Below are positions 34,601 through 45,700 of a stretch of DNA of 64,000 nt, one piece after another. Below the pieces are notes generated by a model, which saw only the letters and a list, made by a program, of their open reading frames with translations, searched no databases and was not told the DNA's origin. This DNA is from Thalia democratica (lineage: Eukaryota). A program made the position numbers and the translations under genes. Positions within the stretch are counted from its first letter, which is position 1, and each line of letters begins with the position of its first letter. The stretch spans positions 37,572,001 to 37,636,000 of the forward strand of contig OZ241832.1 of assembly GCA_965202585.1 (NCBI GenBank), read 5' to 3'.

Positions 34601-36599
34601 AATTTTTTAATAATTATAACTACTTTTTATCAAAAAAAAAAGCTATTCTATTGCCTCTGCTCGAGTTGCTCCCGCTCGAGTTATTCCTGCTCGAGTTATT
34701 CCTGCTCGAGCTCAACTTCTTACTACCTGTCTTATTGTTCTCGCATTGCAGTGAATTCTATACAAAGATCGTGATTTTTAACTTACATGGTGCTGAAAGT
34801 TCATACAGCTCCATCATTAAGCCATTCAACAAATGTCTGTATTGAAAAATTTCTACATATTTAACATGCAGGTTGAGCTTGCAGCTCCAATTTTACAAAA
34901 ATTTCAAATATAAAATATAAAGATTAAAAAATAAAATAGTAGCAGAAAAGTATAGAACGGTCATTTCTACATTTTGCTGTATTTTTTGTACAAGTTCTTG
35001 ATTATATATCTTTCTTGTTTTTTAAATTAAATATTAAATTTATATATTAAACATATAAACTTAACCGTTTGTTAACAAAAGGTTCTAGCGTAACTAGTTC
35101 GCTGGAATATATAATAATAACAAGTTATACAGTAATAAAAGAAGGATACTGTAAGCGTAATAAAAGAAGGATACTGTTTAATTTGTTATTATTATGGTAA
35201 ATTTTTTTATTAATATCTATAAATTTAATTGAAATAGTTTCAATTTAGAAAAAACTATTAACTAATAAAGCAAATTTTTAGGTCTAATCGTTTACTGATT
35301 TCAAAATTAACTAAATTTTTAAAGGTTATTGCTTGGTTTTATTTGTTAAAATTAAACTATTAAGTTTTACAATGTATTTAAGCTGTAGAAAAACTGAAAT
35401 AATTTAGAAATAAAAACAAACTGTGCATTACAGTTACAAGTATAAAGCAATGAAAATACATAAAGAAAGAAAAAATGTTATTACTCGTAACTGCATCCTA
35501 ATTATTACATATTTCACTATTAAAAACAACAAATGTAGCATTTATTAGAAAATCAACATGAGTAAAAATTAATTCATAGTTCAATTAAAAACAACAGGTG
35601 AAGGATGTCATAAAAATACTGAAGCAGTGGCGCAACTCGTGCGACTGGAAGCAGGCCAAGTGGAAGCCACCAAGCTACCTCATATCCCTGCTTGTCATCC
35701 GTTGCCATGACAGCATGATGACGCACAGCTCTTCGCCAAGGAGCAACTTCAGAAGATCGCTGCTGAAGAACTTCGTCAAGCTGGTGCTCGCGACGTCGAA
35801 CAGCAACAAGTGACATTTTATTTTTATTAGAAATAAACTTTTAATGTTATGTAAGTAAAGAAAAGCGTCTACTTTTTTTTAAGGTTTTTCACTAATAAAT
35901 TTTTATAATTTTTGGTTGCTTGTAAATTAGAAATTTGAATATTAAAACATATCATTAACTTAGGTTGTACTTTTTATTTCAATTAATTGAAGGTGCTTGA
36001 GACCAAATAATGTTTTCAATAAGCCGCCTTTATCCCCACACAAAAACTTTACTTTCAAATGTTACTAATTTGATACTTTTTATAACAAAGTTTTACGTCT
36101 AACTTATATAAGCATAAAAGTTTATTGTGTGTTAAGGTTGAAAGTGTTGTAACTAATCGACGTTTTCAGTCGTACAAAACTTTTGTTTCATTCAGTATCA
36201 GTTTAAAGTTTTTCTATAACAATCATTTATTTTTGATAACTCAATAAAAAAATTACTTTATATAGATGAAAGTTAACTGTATGTCTGTAAAGTTATCATA
36301 TTATTTATTGAACAAACGTTTTAACTCCCAGCGGCTCGTCGTCGGTGGTCAAGCTTTCCTGGTCCCGATTCTACGACACGGACGACTTCAACATCGAGTA
36401 CAGCGGCAACACCGGCCACGACTGCCCGCCCATCGTGCAGGACCCGGCCAACCCGGCCAACAACGTCGCCGAGCGGCCCGTCAGCTGGATACCGTTCAGG
36501 AAGAACCTGGAAAAGTGGGCGCAGAACCTGCAGCTGGTGAAGGAGCGACCCCAGATGAGCTCGGCGTCGATAGACATAAACCGAGTGAGGATCAAGTGA
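22920..36599 (+). CDS. Predicted fusion protein: tandem MATH/TRAF-like repeats, coiled coil, then an OAS-like 2'-5' oligoadenylate synthetase domain (886 aa)
   Basis: GT-AG exons 22920-23104, 23663-23846, 23911-24090, 25015-25134, 25338-25487, 25821-25999, 26745-26948, 27440-27550, 28485-28699, 29071-29176, 29234-29367, 29552-29735, 30930-31158, 35598-35809, 36332-36599. Total 2661 nt, phases compatible at every junction, no internal stop. An optional 30-nt exon at 27957-27986 also preserves frame. Confidence 0.72.
27053..27268. repeat. Intronic direct duplication of about 92 bp (27053-27144 and 27176-27268)
   Basis: GTTACATTTGGTT(T/C)ATTTATA...CACCAACTTCTA...GCATAGTCA.AAATTGTACTTGAGGTTAAAAAC occurs twice. 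Confidence 0.85.
28026..28405 (+). mobile_element. 5'-truncated Penelope-like retroelement remnant (inverted partial pseudo-LTR, ORF tail, pseudo-LTR with hammerhead)
   Basis: Inverted arms 28026-28080 and 28347-28405 (GCACGACCAACAACAACAGCATC(T/C)GAGACAACCTACGACC(A/G)GTTT). Short ORF tail HLNFIDDGRNKHWLKLIKRA* resembles the end of Penelope GIY-YIG ORFs. Hammerhead motif in the right arm. Confidence 0.72.
28333..28375 (+). ncRNA. Minimal type-I hammerhead ribozyme with core G12 replaced by A (predicted inactive)
   Basis: Stem I GCCUGC/GUAGGU; core CUGAUGA (28339-45); stem II GUCC-UAAAAA-GGAC; AAAA instead of GAAA (28360 = A); palindromic stem III ACCGGU; GUC cleavage triplet at 28367-69. Confidence 0.75.
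29234..36599 (+). CDS. OAS-like nucleotidyltransferase domain (C-terminal part of the fusion model)
   Basis: ITKTVIGGSIGTGT..RIDADIYISS (GGS plus DxD), SIQMMLEGTIEIDLYLSYDW (third Asp), ELQVKFVNEQSEEVKDVIKILKQW, KPPSYLISLLVI, PPIVQDPANPANNV. All are OAS-family signatures in the expected order. Confidence 0.9.
32024..33550 (-). CDS. LACTB-like serine hydrolase (beta-lactamase/penicillin-binding fold), 508 aa, intronless, nested in an OAS intron
   Basis: Uninterrupted ORF with GPGLSLCF..VLHEGFGY, IASISK (SxxK), RLLPSCLSGWEHY (LACTB RLLISHLSGIRHY), FEYSNNGF (YxN), GVTSTSGDL, FGHSG. Lies within intron 31159-35597 on the opposite strand. Confidence 0.88.
   Translation of the reverse strand: MQANDEVLQKIIKHERRNCIDSCKLFAQHLRNKFAGPGLSLCFANKGKRVLHEGFGYHSAENPVSADKDFKGNIASISKPFTSHVIGRVEEECQNGLLQQDTWRYVKELKDNSFNEVEILPPPDKEDEGEKEDGSEPENRVRVWTDRNRWPYRLLPSCLSGWEHYYDEARLVYQEESWHLQNLFSKSEKEKLMSMLDYKKLQVVPGKFEYSNNGFNLAGLILSHIKNESFTDLATKEILNIGLLNTNYDANHFKVPYGFFEPLKSGNVSEKWQLEKAQQFSELLNKEYDPKVKVDKTFSVPVLAKKQTRNFEAFNAEKVDFGYKQPSEGVTSTSGDLQKFLDVYATMYHRDLNHDFAGPLSRQNFRKMLMTTQDGEGNATKSNTAGYSMGWEQEYEWMCTRGLRARITKVFGHSGSTEGFYSDARLFVTTNLGKNSTVQVGRNDDGVGFENEVVYEEGDVEGVENYNCHTITGALIWGQQGNGTGENDVGIDDPIRELWRIIHSAYGE
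34657..34716. repeat. Four tandem copies of a 15-nt unit (CTGCTCGAGTTATTC)
   Basis: ctgctcgagttgctc ccgctcgagttattc ctgctcgagttattc ctgctcgagctcaac. Confidence 0.85.
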
Positions 36600-37675
36600 A
36601 GGTTTTGATGAAAGATGCTGGAAGAACTTTTGAAACAGGGTTGAAAGGATGGGGATTTACATTTGTTTCTTTCATTCGTTGATTGTTTTTAACAGAGGCT
36701 TATCTACGTTTTAGTTAAAAGTTAAAAAAATGTTATAAATGCTTAACACTTTTAAAAATTTTTAGTTAACAGTTTAGTAAAAAATTATTGAAAAAGTTCA
36801 GTTTAAAACATAAAAACTTAAATCTTTTATTAAAAATTACTCATTATACTACTTTCTTTTAATAGCAAGTATTTGATAGAAATTATGAACCTCATATTTT
36901 GATAAATATTTTATTCTAATTATTTCCTTAAACAAAACTTTTCTATATCCGAAGTAAACAATTTAAACTTAGTTGCTTCGATTTTGATAACGCTTAATAT
37001 TCAAAAATGTAATGCTAAAAATTTTTCAATTGATTTTTATCAGCTATAGTAGTATATACTTGAAAAATAGATTATCTTAAACAATTTATAGTCTTTATAT
37101 TACAAACCTTAGTAGTTTAGTAAACTGTTATTGCTACAAAAGATTGTTACAAGTCTATATATGACTATATACTGAATGAAAATTAGCTAGTCTGAATGTC
37201 AATCAAAATTAAGTACTTTTATTATTAAAAAATAAAATACCATTTATAAAAGTTATTGAAGTAAACAAAAACAACTACTTAAACTTATACTTGTCTTCGT
37301 ACTTAAATTGTGTTTTTATTTCAATACTTTTTAAAAAGTTTTATTGTCAGCAAATATTAGGTAGTTTCACCATCATACAATATGCATAGTACACCGAAAA
37401 ATTTATCAAGTTTAAATTTTTGAAATACGAGTTACTCTGTATACGGTGTAGCGTTTACGGCTTTTACTAAAGCTCTTTAAGTTTTCAACCGCATCCTTAT
37501 TTTTACTTCTACAACAATGCTTTGTACATAATTTTTAAGCTCAATGTATGTAGTATCCAAACTATATATATTTTTTTAATATTGGGAAAAAATAGTGATG
37601 TAGCCCATAGTAAAGTGATAAACTATGGCCTTTTTTAGCAAATTTGACGATAAAATATCATTTATTACTTAAGTA

Positions 37676-37780
37676 TCATTTATTAAACAACAAAAAAGCG
37701 CTTAAAATGTTTGATTATTAGCGGTTATCAAGTCGCATACCACTTGGATACAGTTTAACGTCATTGTCAAGTACAACAAA
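37676..37780 (-). repeat. Dispersed repeat, copy 2 (see 20120-20245)
   Basis: ACCACTTGGATAC at 37739-37751 and CAACAAAAAAGCGCTT at 37688-37703 are exact reverse complements of blocks in copy 1. Confidence 0.7.
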
Positions 37781-39744
37781 TATTTTATTAATCTTATAAA
37801 ATAACGTTCTACATATTATTTCGGCTCAAGTTTTTATAAAACTAACTATTTATAAATAAGTCGTTGATTCACTGATCTTTGTATATCAATAAATATTAAA
37901 AATAGGAATTACAGTAAAACTAATTAGTATGCATTATGCCGATGCACAGTGTTTTTTTACAAATAAGTTTACTTTTTAGAAGTAAAATAATTTAAGTAAA
38001 CTACAATTACTTTTTCAAAGTTGTAGCATTTTTTATTCATTAATGAACTGAAAATTTAAAGTATAACTTTTACAGATTTTTATAAAAATATTTAAATTTC
38101 ACCAAACTAGCTTCTTTATTTTAAAACAACTTTTTTCACATCATCTTTTAATTTAGTGTATCTTGTTTCATAGTTAATATTTCTTTTTACATTAGTTAGT
38201 ATAGGTGGTGCTGCGGACCAGAGAACATTGGTAAATTTTGTCCATTTTTCAGTAAATACAACAAGTCTTTCAAAAAGTAGTTCTCTTTAAGATATAGTTC
38301 ATTTTATTTAGCAAAGTATTTTACTGGTGAGGTCAAACTGGTGATAATAAAAAAAAACCGCAAACTGTTAAATTTTTGTACTTAAAGTAGTTAATCATTA
38401 AAGTTTTCTAATCAGTTTTCAAGTTAGAGAAATGTAATATGATAAATAAGTAGATAAAAAACTGCTTTAATGCTACTCATATAAAAAAATAACAAGTTTT
38501 AAAATAAAACATCTGAAAAACTTAAATAAGTATTTTTCCTTATAGTCAACTAAATAGTTTTTTAATTTAAAAATCCAAAACTGATGATTGTTTCTTTTAA
38601 TTTATTTAACTAAGATAGTAAATGTTGTCCCAACCATCTAGTTTTAAACTATTAAAAAAAAATATTTTATATTATATTACAACCTCTAATTATACTTTAA
38701 CCATAGTTTACTATAACCTAGTCGCGACATTGTATTTTATGATATTATCATTGATATATTACAGAAATATTTAATCACTATTCTCAGTTTAAATTAAATA
38801 TAAAGTTCCTATTTAATTAGTAAGTATGACTTTGGTCAAAGTTAAAAATACACATACATCTATACTTTTCAGTAAAATATGTTAGCAGCTTATAAGTTTG
38901 GTTATTTTTACTAACAAAAAATTGCTCGTGTATTACATTGTATAGAAAAAAGTCTTTGCGGACCGCGGTAACTTTAAAATTTTTTCATTAATCAACATAA
39001 AAATACTACATGAAAGAAGTGCGTAAATTTACAAATATAAACTAAGATTCTAACTGAATACTTAAATCAAAAAAAACTTTTAATGTTTGAAAAAAGTATG
39101 TTTTCAGCCTACAGTGGCCGCAGATTTAGTTTCAGGGCCAAATTTGGCCCGCAAATTAGCTCAACAATTTTCAGATATATAAGCTTCATATGCAAATAAC
39201 TACTTAGAAACATCAAATAACTTTGATAACTTACTTTAATTTTTTACCTTATGTAATCTTTCAAAATAATACTTGCTTGTAAATACTATACTATTCTTTT
39301 GAAAAGAACTAATTTATTTATGACAAAAAAAAAGATACTTTTCCATATTTTTAACAGAAAATAAAATTCCTTTGCTTGTTTTTGGTATGGACAATAAAAA
39401 ACATTATCGCTTTGTGTATTTAACCTTCGCATAAAACTAAAAAACCTAACTGAAAACATTATAAAAAAGTGTAATTTATATTAAAATTAGATAATAGTTA
39501 TACAAACTATATATAAATCAATTCATTTTCAAACAATAAACCTTTATAACTGAATTAATAAGAAATTCATCTTAATAAAACGAAAAGTGTTAAGGTAGTT
39601 CTCTAAAAAATAATCAAACTAGACTACATTCTTCTTTTTTAAGTTTTCATAGTGTGATAACTTCTACAAATGCATTTTAAAGTAAAAAAAAAACACTTAA
39701 AACATCAACATGCTTGTCAGCAAAAGCTCATCCAACTTTTCGTT

Positions 39745-42700
39745 TTAACGAAAAATACTGATAAAGTTGTTGGAAGTGCAGTGCGGGTCGTTGTGGCTTT
39801 TCTCCATCGATTCGCACTTCATCAAAAAGTAGGACAACCTGGAAATAAAATTTCATGAAAATAAAAACTAAAACAGGTTTTAGACGTTGCTTTACTCTTT
39901 TACTTTAAGAATCAAAAGATTATAAAAAAAAAACAACTGCTGTAGAAAATTTTAAGACATTTATAAATTGGTGAGATAAATATGGAAATAACATGAAAAT
40001 TAAAATTCTTTGTAATATGTTTATGGAGCCACATTTCGAAAAGTGATACTTTTTTTTAAATAAATATGCTTATGCAGGTCTTAAGAATAAGATTATGATG
40101 GTAAAAACTTTAAAAATATATTTATAGAAACAGTTAAATAACTAAAAACTATCATATTTAAGTATAATTTAATTGTTATTTTAGCCATATCTAAAGAAAT
40201 TGTTTAAAGTTTTAGAAATAAAAAAGCTCACGTGAGTCTAATTAATAAGTTTATAGTGATAGAAAACTGTTTAACATTATTTATTAGATAATTAAGAGAG
40301 ATAATTAAAATTATGTGAGATAATTAACAATAGTTTTGACATTTAAGTTGTCAAAATTTAAAAAGTCATGCACCCAATAAATATTCACATTATAACTAGT
40401 TAACTAAAAAAAGAGAGTTGATTTTATCTGCTCAATGTTTTAAAAGAATTATAAATAGTTTCTTAATTTATTCTAACATATCATTACAGCTTATATCGAA
40501 AACAAATTCAAAGTAATCTTTGTAAGTTTAAAATTTTTTTTTTGTTTCTTACAATAAGTAGTTATATAATTATCTAGTTTGAATAAACAAAATTCTGAAA
40601 ATATAGCTGGATAAAATTGAAAAAAAAAACATTTTAGCTTTTAGTTTAAAAATTTTCTCAAACCAATTTAACAAAAAATGAGTAATTTTGGAATACATAC
40701 CAAAATTAAGCATTTTTAAAACAATTTAAGTCGCTTTTATAAAAAGCAAATAAAAACCAATCTCACTAATTATACTCTACAACATACAAAAAAAACTTTA
40801 TGTTTCAAATTTATACTAAAAGTACACAACAAACAATCAACGTAATACTAGTGCAACGTATTAAAAGGCTATTAAATATTTTAAACCTGGGTATGGCTTC
40901 TCTAGAAGGCTTCAGAACATCGTCGTTTTCTGAAATGTAACATCGTTTTTGGAAATGCCTGGAAACTTTGCTCTTGAAGCTCTGAAGATATTTGTCTTCT
41001 TCTCGACTGCACTTTCTTTCAACAATCTTCAAGTCGACCAAAACCTGTAAAAAAATGTATATTGATACTTAAACATGATTATTACACATAAACTTAAGAT
41101 TATCAATAAAACTGGTTTTTGTAGATTATAGTATTAGTTAGAAGTAAAAGTAGTTTAAAAACTTAATTAAAGAACAAATTGGGAATAGTTAAATGGGCTT
41201 TGCTGTTACAGATTGGTACTAATTTGCTTTAACAGATTGCTATAATTTTTAGGAAATTGGCTTTAATAAATAAGTTCTTTATCATTATTTCAAGCGTAAT
41301 AATGAAGTAATACAATATTTTCATTAAAAACCTACTTTGTTCGTAAAAAACACTCTAGGACAAATACCAAGTTACTTATAAGTAAAAGTTATGTTGATAG
41401 CAAATAAATAAAGAATAGTATGTAAATAAGGTATTATAAATAGTGTTGTTTAAACAAGTAAGTGGCAATAACTTGACCTAAACTCTCTTTGAAATTAATA
41501 GTTAGAAAAAAACTGTAAAAATGTCTTTACACCAAAACTTTGACATTAATTTTGTAAATTAATAAAATAATGGAAATTTGATTTCCGAATTAATACATCA
41601 AAAAAAGAAAATAAGCAACCAGAAATCTAATAAATTTAGTAAGTAGCAGTTTTATCTGCCTTTTCAAACATAAAAACTTATTTATGGTGAAGTAGAAATT
41701 TAAGACACATTTGTCTTTAAACTTGTAATAAATAAAAAGTTAAGAACTTACATCAATCATTTCTAACACCACAACTTTTTGAGCCATACTTGGCATTTTC
41801 CCAAACAGATACTCGATTGTACAACTGGGATTGTTAAAAATCTGCAACATTTATTAAATTCAGTTGTTGATGTACAATTAAAACTTTGAAAAAACTAATT
41901 AAATTTAAAAACTAAACAGTTAAATATAACTAACTAAAAAAATATTTTAAAAACAGCACACTAAACGTAAATAGTATTTAAAAAGTTAACGTATTGATAA
42001 TATGTTAATTAAAGAATTTTAAATAGAAATGTAGTATTAACATATTAAACAATAACTATTTCGCGTATACTCATCACGACAGTTCAAATAATAACAAGTT
42101 TAATTCTCATAAAAGATTATCTAAATTGAAAAAAAGTCTGGTTAATAAGATTAATTTTTTTTTTTTTAAGTTAAAAAAGTACTTGTTAAAAAAGAAAATT
42201 CACAACCAATAAAAAATAGCCACATTTTAGCTAGTAGCTTCTTTTAAGCATATGTGTTTTTAATTTTGAAGAAAATAAAATAGTTCATGTAGGTGTACTT
42301 AAAAAGATTATAATAGTAAAAAAAATAGTAAGAAACATTTGTAAAATCATATAATTCACAATAATTACTAATTATTAGAATTTGAATTGTCGGAATTAGA
42401 ATTTCAGTTACTCTTATATAGTCGTGCATCCGTGTATATTATGTTATGAAATGTTAAGAAATTGTAAAAATACATTAATTTTGTTTTAAACAAATTACAG
42501 CTAGATTTAGTTGTCATATAAAAGTTATATTAATCAACTAAAAGCGAGTAAATAAAATTCAAAAATGTAGAGTCTAAAAAATAAAAATTTACGTCAGATT
42601 TCGTTCAATTTAGACATATTGTAGTTTTATTACTTTTGACGAAACCTTAAGCAAAGTTGACGACATATATGAGTCTTTTACATAATTGATATAATAAAAA

Positions 42701-45700
42701 TCAAGTTAAATTTCTTTAATTAATCAAACTGATACAAGATATACTTGATTAAGACTTTAAAGATATTATTAAGACAACTAACATGTTCAAACAAAGCAGC
42801 AAACATTTGCTTGGCAGGTCTGTACTGCACTTCACCCGTGTTCAGAACGTGCCACGGCCGGCATATAAACTTGTTTTCATCTCTGCAAGCATTTCGTATT
42901 TTTAAAAAATAATTAATGACATTGTTCAAAAAAACGCAAATACTTTTCAACAGCGAGCCATTTTCACTACTACATTTTTTAAATAAATTTTCAATTGAAT
43001 TTTTAAGTTTTGTTTTTCGATGTTTATTTTCATAAAACTAGTTCATAATTTTCAACTTGAAACTTAAATTCAAAACAACAAAATCAAGTGAGAAAAAACT
43101 GTTTAAGTAAATTTACACTTTAGACTTCATACAAAAAATTTAATTTCTATCCAAACTGATAGGATTTAGTAACATTAGTTTATGTGATGTTATATGCTGT
43201 ACGCAGTTTATTAAAACATTGCAACTATTATTAAAAAAATATATCGCTAACTTGTTTGGAGACACAAACCAAGCTGAAGCGTGTTCGTTCAATACAAGTC
43301 TCCGCCTGTTGTTTATTGTTCATTTATTTATTACTTTAAATAAACTAAATATTTTAGAATAACTTTAAAAATATACTGATCAAAAAAAAAAAATTAAAAC
43401 TAAATATTTTTTTAAACAAATCTCCGAAACCTGATTAAACTCTTGAAATAAGAGATCTAGAATAAGGGGTAAAGTTTAACTAAATTAAAACTACCACGAA
43501 CTACAAACCAAAATAGAATTTAAATACTCACACAAAATTTCCAACGCTGAAAACGGCTTTTGATTGGACGAGCAGGTCTATGGAACGTGTGACGTCGTCG
43601 CGGAAAACACCTCGCTTCGCAATTATATTCACCAGTTTGTACTGCGGATAACCTTTTTGCAAAAATGTTTTTTTGATAGAACCGTTTTTTCAATATTTCA
43701 AAAGTTCTTCACCCAGAACAACGTTTATTAATAAAGACATAGCAATGAATACACAACACAGACCACTTTGATGATAAAAAGCATTTTTTTAAGCTAAAGC
43801 TGGTATAGCATTTTTTCCAAAAGTAACATAACGATGACCAAAAAAACGGTCAACAGCTTCTTAATCAACTGCACCACTCACCGATTTCCGGCTCGTCTTT
43901 CGTTTTCCTCTCGAGAACCTTGAGCAGGAGCGGGGCGACGTCGTCGTGCTTGTGCACCGCACCGTCTTCCGGCTCGTACTTGACCGCGCGCAGCTTCTGC
44001 AACGCCTCGTCGGTTAATCGAAATAGGTCGTTGTGCTGGAGCATGCCGGTCGAGTCGGCGCCGCACAGAACTCCCTCCATGCCCGACAAGCTGAACTCCC
44101 GCTTCGTAGTCGAGCTGGAAATTTACACTTTAGTGTTTGCAGTAGTGTTTGAAATGCATTCGTTTCAGTTTTTAGTTGTCAAAATACTTTTACTTTATTC
44201 GTATAATTAATAAAAAAAATCTTTGCTCCACTTTTTGCAATTACATTCGATTACTGATAAAATGTTGCGGAAGATAAAGTCGTATGACACAAGTTAGAAA
44301 ACTTATGGTCCATAATAAATAGTTAAGATTTTTGAACTTTAAATTCTTATTATCAGGCACAAATATTAGTGAGCATTGAAACATAGCTTTAAAAGACGTA
44401 TATATTTTAATATATATATGTAAAATACTTTTTATTCTATATGTTGCCTATAATTAAAACTTTTTCTAGTATTACAGACAATCTGACTATTGAGGTGGCA
44501 TTTTTTTCAAACTATTTTTGTCAAATATGCCTTATGATCTTATGAGCACAGATATTTTGACAATCACCGATTTATTAAGACTGAATCAGCCTAAAACCAT
44601 TTTTATCAAACAGTTTGGACTGATAGTAGTATTGCTGGTATCAATAATTAAGTTTAAAAAAGAATTAAATTTTGTAGCATCTAGCATTGTAAGATTTATA
44701 TTAAGATGATATTTTACTCAAAACTTAATAAAATACCAGAGCTTGGCAACAATATCAACTGATAATTGTAAATAAAAATAAATATACTTATTAGATAGAT
44801 CACACCTACTTTTAAATTAAAACAACTAACCTATAATGCGAGCATTTGTTGGTTTTTCCACGCAATTTACCCGCTTTCTTGTTTTCAAGATAAAGTTCAA
44901 AACTGTGAATTGGGGGTCTCTTGTGATTGCCTTGTAATTCCTTTGGCCATTCAGGCGTCTAAGTAACAATTTATTTTGTTAAGAAACTATGCGACTTTTA
45001 ATTAAAATAAATATAAAAAGAAATCGTTTAAGCCAGTAGCTTATTACTTTACATGTTTTATGTTAAGTTTTGCAGTGTTTGTGAGTTTTTACCAGATAGT
45101 GAAGAAAGATTTAATTTAACTAATACTTACTCAAAAAAAAAAGTTATATACAAGTGACTACAACAAGATTAAAAATTTCCATAATATTTTTAAGTGAAAA
45201 CTTACCTTCTCCTTTAGAATCTTCTTTTCCAGCTCAGAATTATTTCTAAAATAATTTAAATTTGTTAACTACTTGTGTTTTTAGTTAAGGTAATACTTTT
45301 ATGTACTTACTTTTTACTTTTGAAGTCGATGAAAATATTCAGAGCTTGTGAAAAATACAAACCTGAAATAAAATTAGTTTGCAAGGTATACAACAACTCT
45401 GACAAAACTGCTATCTAATAAAATATGTTATTTAATGAGTACAAAACAAACTAAAAAAAGGGATTAAAAAAATAACTTGTTTATGATAACGTAATAAATT
45501 GTTAACCACTACTACTCATAACAACTTGTATGTTATAATATTTTTATTTCAATATTGTAACATACTAACCGACAGCAACCGGTAAAAATCCTGCATCTTT
45601 GCTCCTATGAACTTTAACGTGTTTGCGATCGTTCATCAGGTTCAAAAACTTGCTGGAAGCGAAAACCACGTCTTTTATGACGTCAAAGTTGTACATTCTG

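Noticed and set aside
34720-34790. Minus-strand peptide EFTAMREQ resembling the Ras/Rit switch II region
   Set aside because: Followed at once by a stop, no other GTPase motifs nearby, and the implied intron would be only about 29 nt.
38205-38230. Possible extra plus-strand micro-exon downstream of the OAS stop (AG|GTGGTG...CATTG|GTAAAT)
   Set aside because: No credible downstream exon, and the OAS ORF already ends cleanly at 36599.
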